Source of the DNA: Oscillospiraceae bacterium
GTDB lineage: Bacteria; Bacillota; Clostridia; Oscillospirales; Oscillospiraceae
DNA length: 64,000 nt
Assembly: GCA_017540565.1 (NCBI GenBank)
Contig: JAFYAU010000034.1
Coordinates: forward strand, 40,335-104,334
Direction of reading: 5' to 3'
Under the pieces are notes generated by a model. The model searched no databases and was not told the origin of the DNA. It worked only from the letters and a program-made list of their open reading frames with translations. Of this stretch, positions 26,030-35,138 are shown piece by piece (positions within the stretch are counted from its first letter, which is position 1; each line of letters begins with the position of its first letter). Made by a program: the position numbers and the translations under genes.

Positions 26030-27025
26030 ATGTCCAGCGATAAATTTGATCTGTTCTCAATTGTCCAGTCTGCCGGCAAGGCTGCCTCGGATCTTTTCGG
26101 CAAAACGAAAGAAGCCGCCCGGACGTTCATCGATGAGCACGGTCTGAACGATATCGAAGGCGAGGATGTCGCCGAAGCTGCGGACAAGGCGATGAAGAAG
26201 GTCTCCTCCGTTTACGAAGGCATGAAAACCGGCGGCGCGCAGCTGGGCGAAAAGATCGCCAAAGCAAAGCGGGAGGCGGATCTGAAAAAACTGCAGCCCA
26301 TTTTCGCAGAGGATCTGGGCACACCGGATTTTACCATGTCCAGACTCATCCGCCTTACCCGCATGGACCGCAGACGGGCCTCCAGCGAGGTCTGCCGGGG
26401 AGCCGTCGGGCATGATTCTGCCCCCAGAGATGTCCGTGTCGTAAACCTCTACACGGATCACCTGAGCCGTTTCGGTCTCACGTTCTATCCGGACGCCGGC
26501 AGCGAGATCTATTATGTGGATCCCTCCGACCGGACGAAATATATCGCCCTGGACGTTTATTTCGAATACATGAAAGCCGTGCGGATTGCCGAACTCCGGA
26601 GGATCGCGGAGGATCTTGGAGCCAGGCATTTCCGGATCACGTACAGGGAGGAGAAGCGCGCGCTTACCCGAAAACCGGGAATCTCCGCGGCCGCGACGGA
26701 TCTTGAACGTCTGGACGCCTCCGGTGCGTCATCCGAGGTCGCCGCGGAGGCGGATCTTCTCGGCCATCCGCCCGTCCGGCCGGCACTGGCATATCTTCGG
26801 AAGGATCCCGCCGTCCAGGCACTGATCGATCTCCGGTTCTCTCCCGGTTCCGTTCCGAGCCAGCGGGTCCTCATCCGCCTCGGCGACTCCTCCGGGATGC
26901 GGGAAAAGGAGGCTGCCCGGATCGACGCTGCACTTGATGCCATGAAGTGTGCGGGAAATGCCACCGTAACGAGCGAGGCGCAGAGCGAGTCCCGGAGATA
27001 TCTGGAATATGAGATTGATTTCTGA
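26030..27025 (+). CDS. hypothetical protein (no family recognised)
   Basis: A 331-aa ORF with GGGGAGG 11 nt upstream of ATG 26030. Codon composition looks like neighbouring genes. It is flanked by a strong terminator. Confidence 0.6.
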   Translation: MSSDKFDLFSIVQSAGKAASDLFGKTKEAARTFIDEHGLNDIEGEDVAEAADKAMKKVSSVYEGMKTGGAQLGEKIAKAKREADLKKLQPIFAEDLGTPDFTMSRLIRLTRMDRRRASSEVCRGAVGHDSAPRDVRVVNLYTDHLSRFGLTFYPDAGSEIYYVDPSDRTKYIALDVYFEYMKAVRIAELRRIAEDLGARHFRITYREEKRALTRKPGISAAATDLERLDASGASSEVAAEADLLGHPPVRPALAYLRKDPAVQALIDLRFSPGSVPSQRVLIRLGDSSGMREKEAARIDAALDAMKCAGNATVTSEAQSESRRYLEYEIDF

Positions 27026-27036
27026 CCAATGACACA

Positions 27037-27078
27037 GAAAGGACGCCGTTCCGGCCGGAACGGCGTCCTCTTTCTTTC
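27037..27078. terminator. bidirectional intrinsic terminator
   Basis: A 13-bp stem AGGACGCCGTTCC/GGAACGGCGTCCT with loop GGCC, flanked by an A-run and a T-rich run. It lies between convergent genes. Confidence 0.8.
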
Positions 27079-27091
27079 TCACGGTCTTCTG

Positions 27092-27937
27092 TCATGCCTC
27101 CAGCGCCCGTCTGACGGCGCGGATATACTCCGGCGTGGTGCCGCAGCACCCTCCGACGATCCTGACGCCCAGTTCCCGGTAGGGCAGCAGCTGTTCCGCG
27201 TATTCCTCCGGACCGACGCTGTATTGTCCCTGTCCGTCCGGCAGGCCGGCGTTGAGCTTTACGATGAGAGGTTTTTTCAGGATCCTTGCCAGGCGCGTGA
27301 CGGCCGGCAGCATCTCCTTCGGCTCCCGGGAGCAGTTCACTCCGGCCGCCGTCAGGGGCAGTCCGTTGGCCAGTTCTCCGAATTCCTCGATGGAATATCC
27401 GGTATAGGTCAGTCCCGTTTCCGAGAACGTCATCGTGGCCAGCACATCCAGTTCCGTATTCTCCGCTGCAGCAATGACCGCCGCCTTCAGTTCGTCGGGT
27501 GCGCTCATCGTCTCCGCGCAGATCAGGTCCGCGCCGGCTTTCGCCCCGCTGACGGCCAGCCGGGCGAACCGCCCGTAGGCGATCTCATAGGTGAGCGCGC
27601 CGTAGGGCTCCATGAACTCGCCGGTAGGTCCCACATCCAGCGCGGCCAGGGCCTTTCCCCCGGCGGCTCTTTTCGCGATGGCCACGGCATCCGCGACCGC
27701 CGCGTCCAGTTCCCCGTCCGTCATATCCTTCAGGCGGCTGCTGAGGGAGAACGTATTTGTATACAGAACGTCGCTGCCGGCTTCCGCATAGGCGCGTTGG
27801 ATGCTCTCCACCGCCTCCGGATGTGCCTGATTCATCTCGTCCGTACGCATGCCGGGCGTCATGCCTCTTTTCATCAGAAGGCTGCCCATGCCCCCGTCGC
27901 AGTATATGATCTTTCTTTCTTTGGGCCACGCTTTCAT
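27092..27937 (-). CDS. homocysteine S-methyltransferase domain protein
   Basis: Blocks DGGMGS, YTNTF and the C-terminal zinc motif GGCCGTTPE. ATG 27937 has a GGAGGG RBS, and an extended -10 TGgTAAAAT lies just upstream. Confidence 0.85.
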   Translation of the reverse strand: MKAWPKERKIIYCDGGMGSLLMKRGMTPGMRTDEMNQAHPEAVESIQRAYAEAGSDVLYTNTFSLSSRLKDMTDGELDAAVADAVAIAKRAAGGKALAALDVGPTGEFMEPYGALTYEIAYGRFARLAVSGAKAGADLICAETMSAPDELKAAVIAAAENTELDVLATMTFSETGLTYTGYSIEEFGELANGLPLTAAGVNCSREPKEMLPAVTRLARILKKPLIVKLNAGLPDGQGQYSVGPEEYAEQLLPYRELGVRIVGGCCGTTPEYIRAVRRALEA

Positions 27938-28106
27938 CCGGTCGCCCTCCCCCCGTTTTCCACATTTTACCATATCCTGTACGTCGCTGTACACGCATTT
28001 TTCACGTTCTGCCTTCCGCAAAAACCTGTTTTCTTTCTCCCGTATTTATGCTATAATGACGATACCGCAGAGGTCCTGCAATCCAAATCCTACGGGAGGT
28101 ATCGCT

Positions 28107-28730
28107 ATGGGCAATCTTATCATTACCATCAGCCGTGAGTTCGGCAGCGGAGGCCGGAAGATCGGCGAACTGCTGGCGACCCAGCTCTGCATCCCCTTTT
28201 ATGATAAAGAGATCATCCAGATGACGGCGGAAAAGAGCGGCCTGTCCGCTGAATTCGTCGCCGAGCAGGAGGAACACAGCCGCAGGAGTTTTCTCTTCTC
28301 CATCGCGTCCGGCCCCTATTCCTCCGTGAGCATGCCCTTCCCCTATGACACCAACGTGACAGACCAGGCCTACTTCTCTCAGACGGATATCATCCGCGAA
28401 CTGGCGGCTGCCGGCAGCTGCGTCATTGTCGGACGATGCGCCGACTATATCCTCAGAGAAGAGGAGAAGCTTCTCAGGGTCTTCGTGACGGCCGATCCGG
28501 AGAAGCGCCGCCAGAGGATCGTGAACGAGTACGGCATCGACGAGAAATCCTCTGCCGAGAAGATCAAGAAGGCGGACAAGGCTAGGGCCAGTTACGTACG
28601 CCGCTATACCGGCGAGGAGTGGGGCGACGTGAACAATTACGATCTCGTGATCAACTCCGATTTCACCGGCATCACCGGCGCCGTCGAAGTGATCAAGGCC
28701 GCTCTCCGCGCCAGAGAGTACATCCGATGA
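28107..28730 (+). CDS. cytidylate kinase-like family protein
   Basis: ITISREFGSGGRKIGELLA matches the Cytidylate_kin2-type N-terminus. GGGAGG RBS. An extended -10 TGcTATAAT lies at 28049-28057. Confidence 0.85.
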   Translation: MGNLIITISREFGSGGRKIGELLATQLCIPFYDKEIIQMTAEKSGLSAEFVAEQEEHSRRSFLFSIASGPYSSVSMPFPYDTNVTDQAYFSQTDIIRELAAAGSCVIVGRCADYILREEEKLLRVFVTADPEKRRQRIVNEYGIDEKSSAEKIKKADKARASYVRRYTGEEWGDVNNYDLVINSDFTGITGAVEVIKAALRAREYIR

Positions 28731-28738
28731 ATCCAGCG

Positions 28739-28768
28739 CCGCGCCGGGGTTTCCCGGCGCGGTTTTTC
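28739..28768 (+). terminator. intrinsic terminator
   Basis: CCGCGCCGGG-GTTT-CCCGGCGCGG followed by TTTTTC. Confidence 0.85.
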
Positions 28769-28835
28769 ACGGCGGCCGATCTGTCTGGCGGCCGCCTTTT
28801 TCCTTTGCCGAACGCATAAAAACACAGAAAAGCGG

Positions 28836-28864
28836 TTGCAAAACGGGCATCCGGGTGATAGAAT
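28836..28864 (+). promoter_or_regulatory. candidate promoter of the aldehyde dehydrogenase-ptb-buk genes
   Basis: TTGCAA (28836-28841), 17 nt spacer, TAGAAT (28859-28864), with a TGn extension at 28856-28858. Confidence 0.5.
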
Positions 28865-28929
28865 ATTTTGACAGGGTGACTATTGCCTTTGATTAACTTC
28901 AAAATTAATTGAGAAAGAGGTTGAAGAAC

Positions 28930-30276
28930 ATGTTTGACAATTACATGGGCATCTTCGAGAAGATCGAGGATGCATGCGTTGCGTCTGCCGCAGCGCAGAA
29001 GGAGCTGATGGCCAAGTGCTCCACGAAGGACCGTCAGAAGATGATCGAGAACATCAAGAAGCGGGCTCTCGAGCGTCTGGAAGAGATCTGCATGATGAAG
29101 TACACCGAGACCGGGTACGGCCGTTATGAAGACAAGGTCCTGAAGAACGGCGGTTCCTTCTCCGATACGCCTGATACCCGGGACGTTCCCGTTCAGGTCT
29201 ATTCCGGTTCCAAGGGTCTGACCATCGACTACTTTGCTCCGTTCGGTGTCGTCGGCGCCATCACGCCTGTGACGAACCCCGCTTCCACCATCATTGCCAA
29301 CACCATCTGCAACCTTGCCGTCGGCAACTCCTTGGTGTTCAATCCCCATCCCGCCGGCGTGAAGAGCGCCAGCTGGACCATCGACCTGGTCAACCGCGCC
29401 ATCGTGGAAGCCGGCGGCCCTGAGAACATGTGCACCGCCGCTGCCAAACCCACCATGGAGACTCTGGATTACATTCTGAAGCATCCGGACATTCACCTGA
29501 TCCTCGGTACCGGCGGTCCCGCCATGGTCCGCACGCTGTTCATGTCCGGCAAGAAGTGCATCTGCGCCGGTCCGGGCAACCCGCCGAGCATCATCGACTC
29601 CACTGCGGACATCAAGAGAGCCGCTTATGAAGTCACCCAGTCCTCCACCTTCGACAACAACATCCTGTGCGTTGCCGAGAAGGAGATCTTCGTCGTGGCT
29701 GACGTGTACGACGAGTTCATCAAGGAGTTCGAGGCGGTCGGCAACGTTCATCTGACCGCTGAGCAGGCCGACGTTCTGCGTGACATGTGCCTGATCAAGA
29801 ACCCCGAAGGCTCTCCCGAGCCCTACTCCGCCAACAAGAAGTACGTCGGCAAAAACGCCAACGTCATCCTGGAGGCCGCCGGCATCCACGTCGAGGGCGA
29901 TCCTCGTCTGGCCTTCTTTGAGGCGGACAACATGGATCCGTTCGTACAGACCGAGCAGATGATGCCCATCATGCCCGTTGTCAAGTGCGACACCTTCGAG
30001 CAGGCCATGGAGCGCGCTCACTACGCCGAGCACGGCAACCGTCACTCCGCCTCCATCTGGACGAAGGATCTGTATCACACCACCGCGTTCGGCAAGATCA
30101 TCGAGACCACCGTGTTCGTCATGAACGGCCGTACGTTCGCCGCGTTCGGACTCGGCGGCGAGGGTTCCAACACCCCGACCATCGCCACTCCCACCGGAGA
30201 AGGCCCGACCGGTCCTCAGTCCTTTGCCCGCCGCAGAAGATTCGCCATGGCCGACGGCCAGGGCTTCGTGATCTGA
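28930..30276 (+). CDS. CoA-acylating aldehyde dehydrogenase (EutE/PduP-like)
   Basis: Blocks PFGVVGAITPVTNP, AGPGNPP, and catalytic-Cys block FDNNILCVAEKE. AAGAGG RBS 9-10 nt before ATG 28930. Confidence 0.85.
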   Translation: MFDNYMGIFEKIEDACVASAAAQKELMAKCSTKDRQKMIENIKKRALERLEEICMMKYTETGYGRYEDKVLKNGGSFSDTPDTRDVPVQVYSGSKGLTIDYFAPFGVVGAITPVTNPASTIIANTICNLAVGNSLVFNPHPAGVKSASWTIDLVNRAIVEAGGPENMCTAAAKPTMETLDYILKHPDIHLILGTGGPAMVRTLFMSGKKCICAGPGNPPSIIDSTADIKRAAYEVTQSSTFDNNILCVAEKEIFVVADVYDEFIKEFEAVGNVHLTAEQADVLRDMCLIKNPEGSPEPYSANKKYVGKNANVILEAAGIHVEGDPRLAFFEADNMDPFVQTEQMMPIMPVVKCDTFEQAMERAHYAEHGNRHSASIWTKDLYHTTAFGKIIETTVFVMNGRTFAAFGLGGEGSNTPTIATPTGEGPTGPQSFARRRRFAMADGQGFVI

Positions 30277-30405
30277 TCGCGGACGCCGCATAAAGCCATA
30301 GTGTAATGAACTCGCCGCCGGATTCCCGCGCAGCCCGGGTACAAGTATCCGGCACCGGATTCGGCGGCTTTTTCCCCCCATAACCTTACAAAGGAGTGAT
30401 TTCCC

Positions 30406-31317
30406 ATGATCAGGAGTTTCAAGGAACTGGCAGACGCCGCGAAGGCCATGGAGAAGAAGACCGTAGTTGCCGTCGTCGAGGCGCAGGACGCCCACACGCT
30501 GGAAGCGGTCGTCACCGCCAAGAAGGACGGCATTATCGAGGGCATGCTCATCGGCAATGAGGAGAAGATCCGCGAGATCCTGGCCCAGGTGGGCGGAGAT
30601 CCGGCCGATTTCACCATCGTGCCTACAGGTTCTCTGGAGGAATCCCTGCAGACGGCCGTCGAGAACATCAACGCCGGCAAAGCCAGCGCCATCATGAAGG
30701 GCAAGCTGGAGACCGGTCAGTTCATGAAGGCCATCGTCAAGAAGGAAAACGGCATGATGGCGGGCGGCCGCATCTCTCTGGTGGGCCTGTACGAGCATCC
30801 GAAATTCTATCACAAACTGCTTGCCGTTACCGACATGGGCATGAATACCTATCCCGATCTGGAGGGCAAGAAGGACCTGATCAACAACGCCGTCCGTCTG
30901 CTGCACGCTCTGGGCAACGATTGCCCCAAGGTGGCCTGCCTGTGCGCCGTGGAAAAAATGAACCCCAAGATGCCCGAAACGGTGGACGCCGACGCGCTGA
31001 AGAAGATGAACATCGCGGGCGAGATCCCCGGCTGCGTCGTGGAAGGCCCCATCTCCTTTGATCTGGCCATCAAGCAGGGTGCCGCCGCCATCAAGGGCTT
31101 CGAGAGCCCCGTGGCCGGAGACGCCGATCTGCTTCTGGTTCCGGACATCACCTGCGGCAACGTTCTGGTCAAGTGCATGACCGACTACGCCGGCGCGACG
31201 ACGGCCGGCACGATCCTCGGCGCCAAGTGCCCCGTGATCGTGACCTCCCGTTCCGCGGAAGCCAGCGATAAGTACTATTCCATCGCTCTTGCCGCCTACT
31301 CGGCAGCCAGCTACTGA
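30406..31317 (+). CDS. ptb: phosphate butyryltransferase
   Basis: PTA_PTB family pattern (AIMKGKLETGQFMKAIV, VPDITCGNVLVK). AAAGGAG RBS. Confidence 0.9.
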   Translation: MIRSFKELADAAKAMEKKTVVAVVEAQDAHTLEAVVTAKKDGIIEGMLIGNEEKIREILAQVGGDPADFTIVPTGSLEESLQTAVENINAGKASAIMKGKLETGQFMKAIVKKENGMMAGGRISLVGLYEHPKFYHKLLAVTDMGMNTYPDLEGKKDLINNAVRLLHALGNDCPKVACLCAVEKMNPKMPETVDADALKKMNIAGEIPGCVVEGPISFDLAIKQGAAAIKGFESPVAGDADLLLVPDITCGNVLVKCMTDYAGATTAGTILGAKCPVIVTSRSAEASDKYYSIALAAYSAASY

Positions 31318-31332
31318 TCGGAGGTAATGCTC

Positions 31333-32436
31333 ATGTCCTATCGTATTCTCGCCGTAAACCCGGGCTCCACTTCCACCAAGATCGCTCTGTTTGACGACGA
31401 TAAGGAGATCTTCAGCAAGGGACTGGTCCACACCAAGGAGGAGCTGAGCCAGTTCAAGGAGATCCAGGATCAGAAAGATTACCGCCGTGCCTGCGTGGAA
31501 GCCGCCATGGCGGAGAACGGCTACGCTCTGGAAGACGTCGACGTGTTCGTAGGGCGCGGCGGCGGCCTGCTGGCCCTGATCGGCGGCACCTATAAGGTCA
31601 CCGATCTGCTGGCCGACCACGCCAGCCGCGGCATGACGGGGCAGCACCCCGCGCAGCTGGCCAGCCAGATCTGCAAGGACTTTGCGGACAAGTACGGCAA
31701 GGTCGCGTTCGTAGTCAATCCCCCCGACGTGGACGAGCTGGAAGAGATCTCCCGCGTGACGGGTCTGAAGGGCATTTACAGAGAGAGCCACATCCACTCC
31801 CTGAACCAGAAGGAGATCGCCCTGCGGTACTGCGCCGGAGCCGGGAAAAAGTATGAGGAATCCAACCTGGTCGTTTGCCATCTGGGCGGAGGCATCTCCG
31901 TGACCGCACATTCCCACGGCCGCATGATCGACTCCAACGACATCATCAAGGGCTCCGGCCCCATGACGCCGACCCGTGCCGGCGACCTTCCCTACGTCAA
32001 GGTCATCGAGCTGGCCTACAGCGGAAAGTATACCCAGAAGGAACTGACGAACCGTCTGAACAAGAACGGCGGCCTGCTGGATCACTTCGGCACGGACGAC
32101 GCCCGGGAGATCGAGAAGAAGATCGCCGACGGCGACAGCTACGCGAAGATCATCTACGACGGCATGCTGTATCAGATCGCCAAATACGCCGGCGCCATGG
32201 CCACGGCCATGAAGGGCAAGGTGGACGCCATCATCCTCACCGGCGGCATGAGTCACAGCAAGTATCTGGTGAACTTCCTGACCGAGTACCTGAGCTGGAT
32301 CGCGGAGATCGTGGTCATGCCCGGCGAATTCGAGATGGAAGCCCTGGCTGCCGGCGCCCTGCGTGTGATGAAGGGCGAGGAGGAAGCAAAGGAATACACC
32401 GGCAGACCCGTATGGTCCGGCTTTGAGGGAGAATGA
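31333..32436 (+). CDS. buk: butyrate kinase
   Basis: ASKHA N-terminus ILAVNPGSTSTKIALF and the HLGGGISV block. GGAGG lies 7 nt before ATG 31333. Confidence 0.9.
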   Translation: MSYRILAVNPGSTSTKIALFDDDKEIFSKGLVHTKEELSQFKEIQDQKDYRRACVEAAMAENGYALEDVDVFVGRGGGLLALIGGTYKVTDLLADHASRGMTGQHPAQLASQICKDFADKYGKVAFVVNPPDVDELEEISRVTGLKGIYRESHIHSLNQKEIALRYCAGAGKKYEESNLVVCHLGGGISVTAHSHGRMIDSNDIIKGSGPMTPTRAGDLPYVKVIELAYSGKYTQKELTNRLNKNGGLLDHFGTDDAREIEKKIADGDSYAKIIYDGMLYQIAKYAGAMATAMKGKVDAIILTGGMSHSKYLVNFLTEYLSWIAEIVVMPGEFEMEALAAGALRVMKGEEEAKEYTGRPVWSGFEGE

Positions 32437-32476
32437 GCCCCTCGATCCGGGCTCGGAAGCTGAATAACGCCTGTTC

Positions 32477-32513
32477 GAACACGGTACGGTCCATTCACGG
32501 CCGTACCGTGTTC
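32477..32513 (+). other. perfect 13-bp hairpin between buk and the GRE gene, with no U-tract
   Basis: GAACACGGTACGG (32477-32489) pairs with CCGTACCGTGTTC (32501-32513) around an 11-nt loop. It is followed by CCGTTCC rather than Ts. Confidence 0.6.
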
Positions 32514-32566
32514 CCGTTCCGGGTCTGAAAAAGCCCGGAGAAAGGAGCAAATCGGGAGGGATCCTC

Positions 32567-34966
32567 ATGACGGACCGTGTGAAAAGGATGCTCGAGAGCC
32601 TGAAGGTGAACCGGTATCCGTTGTGCATCGAATATTTCAAGCTGGCCAACGAGTCGCTGGATCAGACAGCCGGGGAACCCATGCTGCTTCGGCGCGCCAG
32701 GCTCCACGCTCATGTGCTGGACAACATTCCCATCTTCATTGAGCCGGAGGATCTGCTGTGCGGCTCTGGCGCCAGCAAGCCGTTCGGACTGGAAATGCAG
32801 TATGAATACGGCGTATGGACAAGGGATGAGGTGGAGTCTCTCAAAAGCGAGATCTACACCATCGCGCCGGAGGATGAGGAGGAGCTGTACCGCCTGAACC
32901 GCCGCTTTGCCGCCAATGCTCTCAACAGCAATCTGGTGGACGCCCTCAGCCGTTCCCTCGGCATGGACGACCGCCTGTGGCCGTTCATGAAGTCCGGCGT
33001 CATCCTCCCCCCCTGGAAGGATCGAAAGGGCGGCTCCGGCGGTGGTTTTGCCATGTCCGGATACGGTCTCGGCCCCGGGTTCTTCCTCGTATGCGTAGAC
33101 TATGAGAAGATCCTTCGGGACGGCGCCCAGTCCATCGTCGACGAGGCGCGGCAATGCCTGAAGGACCTGCGCTACACCTCCGGCGACGCCATTGAAAAGA
33201 AAAACTACTGGGAAGCCGTCGTCATCGTCTATGAAGCGTGGATCCGCTTTGCCGGCCGATACGCCGACCTCTGCGCCAAGCTGGCCGACGCGGAGACGAA
33301 TGCTGCGCGCGCGTCTGAGCTGCGCGAGATGAGCCGGATCTGCCGTCGTGTGCCCCAAGGCCCGGCGGAAAGCTTCCGGGAGGCGCTGCAAAGCTTCTGG
33401 TTCACCTTCCTGATGGCGCTCCCTTCCCCGACCACGTCCGCCGGCCGTTTTGACCAGTACATGTACCCGTATTACCGGAGGGATCGGGACGCCGGTCTCA
33501 TCACCGACGGCGAGGTGCTGGAGCTGCTGGAGATCATGCGTTGCAAGGTGATGAAGATCAACCGCGTTTCCGGAAAGGCGAACCGCGCCAAGAACGCCGG
33601 CATGGCCAAGTGGTACAACTGGACCATCGGCGGCGTCGACGCCGATGGGAACGACGCCACCAATGAGCTGACGTATCTGCTGCTGGAGAGCGCTCAGCAG
33701 ACGCATCTTCCCCATTTCACGCTGACGCTGCGGGTCCATCCCGGCACCCCGGACGCGCTGATGAAAAAGGCGCTGGAGGTCGTCCGCACCGGGATCGGAA
33801 TGCCGGCCTTCGTAGGCGACGGCAGCTACGTCCGCTTCTTCACGGGCAGCGGCATGACGCTGGAAGACGCCCGCGACTACTGCATGACGGGCTGCGTGGA
33901 CGGCAACGTGCCCGCCCGGTCGCGGACGCAGGTCGTCACCTTCTTCATCATCCCCCAGGCCTTTGATATCTTCATGCACAACGGCTTCTGCCGCTTTACG
34001 AAGGAGCGGGTGGGCATCCCCACCGGAGACGTGACGAAGATGGAGACCTTTGAGGAATTCTACGCTGCCTTCTGCCGGCAGTTCCGCCATCTCATGGGCA
34101 TGGCGGCGGAACGCAACAACGTGGAACTGATCGCCCAGCGGGAGCTGTTCCCCGACCCCTTCCGCTCGGCGCTGATGGAAAATGGCGTGAAGGAAGGCAA
34201 GGACATCCTCAACCGCAGATTCGCCATTGAAAACTGCAGCTGCCTCGGCGCCGTAGGCGGCGTGAATACGGGAGATTCTCTGGCGGCCGTAAAGGATCTG
34301 GTCTTCGACCGCAGAAAATACACCATGAAAGAACTGCTGACGGCACTGGACGCCGACTGGGAAGGGTATGAGGAGATGCGGCGCGATTTCATCCGCGCCC
34401 CGAAATACGGCAACGATCTGGAGATGCCGGACCGTTTCGTGGCGGAGATCTACCGTCTGTTCGCGGACGTATGCGCGGAAAACGCGACGGCATACGGAGG
34501 TCACGTGACCCCCAACGCCATCTCCATCTCCGCCCACCAGCCGGGCGGCGCCTGCACTGGTGCGACGCCGGACGGGCGCAGAGGCGGCGACATTCTGGCC
34601 GACGCCTCCCTCTCCCCCGACCACGGGATGGACGTCAGCGGGCCCACCGCCGTGTTCCGAAGTGCGATGAAGGTCGACCAGGATCCGTACCAGGGTACGC
34701 TGATGAACATGAAGCTTTCTCCGGACGTTCTCCGGACCGACGCGGATCTTATGAAGCTCGGCGCAATGATCCGGGCGTATCTGACCCACGGGGGCAAGCA
34801 CGTCCAGTTCAACGTGGTGGACCGGGCCGAGATGGAAGACGCCATGGCGCATCCGGAGGATCATCCGGAGCTCATCGTCCGTGTGGCGGGTTACAGCGCC
34901 TATTTCGTGCGTCTTCCCGCCTCCATCCAGCGGGAGGTCATCGACCGCTCGGAACAGCAGCTGTGA
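32567..34966 (+). CDS. glycyl radical enzyme, PFL2/dehydratase-like clade, substrate unknown (799 aa)
   Basis: Glycyl-radical motif RVAGYSAYF (Gly775, 34889-34891). Cys-loop MTGCVDGN (Cys443 at 33893-33895, Asp445 at 33899-33901). PFL2-type N-terminus. GGGAGGG RBS. Confidence 0.92.
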   Translation: MTDRVKRMLESLKVNRYPLCIEYFKLANESLDQTAGEPMLLRRARLHAHVLDNIPIFIEPEDLLCGSGASKPFGLEMQYEYGVWTRDEVESLKSEIYTIAPEDEEELYRLNRRFAANALNSNLVDALSRSLGMDDRLWPFMKSGVILPPWKDRKGGSGGGFAMSGYGLGPGFFLVCVDYEKILRDGAQSIVDEARQCLKDLRYTSGDAIEKKNYWEAVVIVYEAWIRFAGRYADLCAKLADAETNAARASELREMSRICRRVPQGPAESFREALQSFWFTFLMALPSPTTSAGRFDQYMYPYYRRDRDAGLITDGEVLELLEIMRCKVMKINRVSGKANRAKNAGMAKWYNWTIGGVDADGNDATNELTYLLLESAQQTHLPHFTLTLRVHPGTPDALMKKALEVVRTGIGMPAFVGDGSYVRFFTGSGMTLEDARDYCMTGCVDGNVPARSRTQVVTFFIIPQAFDIFMHNGFCRFTKERVGIPTGDVTKMETFEEFYAAFCRQFRHLMGMAAERNNVELIAQRELFPDPFRSALMENGVKEGKDILNRRFAIENCSCLGAVGGVNTGDSLAAVKDLVFDRRKYTMKELLTALDADWEGYEEMRRDFIRAPKYGNDLEMPDRFVAEIYRLFADVCAENATAYGGHVTPNAISISAHQPGGACTGATPDGRRGGDILADASLSPDHGMDVSGPTAVFRSAMKVDQDPYQGTLMNMKLSPDVLRTDADLMKLGAMIRAYLTHGGKHVQFNVVDRAEMEDAMAHPEDHPELIVRVAGYSAYFVRLPASIQREVIDRSEQQL

Positions 34967-34981
34967 AGGTGAAACGTGAAA

Positions 34982-35019
34982 AAGGGCGTGGACAGGACGC
35001 TGTCTTCGCCCTTTTTCTT
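34982..35019 (+). terminator. intrinsic terminator after the GRE gene
   Basis: Composite stem AAGGGCG..GACAG-GACG-CTGTC..CGCCCTT followed by TTTTCTTC. Confidence 0.8.
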
Positions 35020-35024
35020 CTTGC

Positions 35025-35066
35025 GCCTCCGCCGCATTCTCCTACACGCCTCCGCCGCATTCTCCT
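35025..35066 (+). repeat. two exact 19-bp direct repeats (GCCTCCGCCGCATTCTCCT) spaced 23 bp apart, upstream of the enoate reductase genes
   Basis: Copies at 35025-35043 and 35048-35066 are separated by ACAC. An extended -10-like TGaTAAAAT lies at 35097-35105. Confidence 0.7.
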
Positions 35067-35138
35067 GCGTTGTCGGTAGCATTCCCGCCGCTCCTGTGAT
35101 AAAATGGAAAAAATACGTCTGAAAACGGAGGTCCGCCC

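Noticed and set aside
28693-32649. 1318-aa ORF on the minus strand
   Set aside because: It is antisense to the aldehyde dehydrogenase, ptb and buk genes. Same high-GC artefact reasoning.
35025-35066. CRISPR-like repeat
   Set aside because: There are only two copies, with a 4-bp spacer and no cas genes. I treated it as a possible regulatory direct repeat instead.
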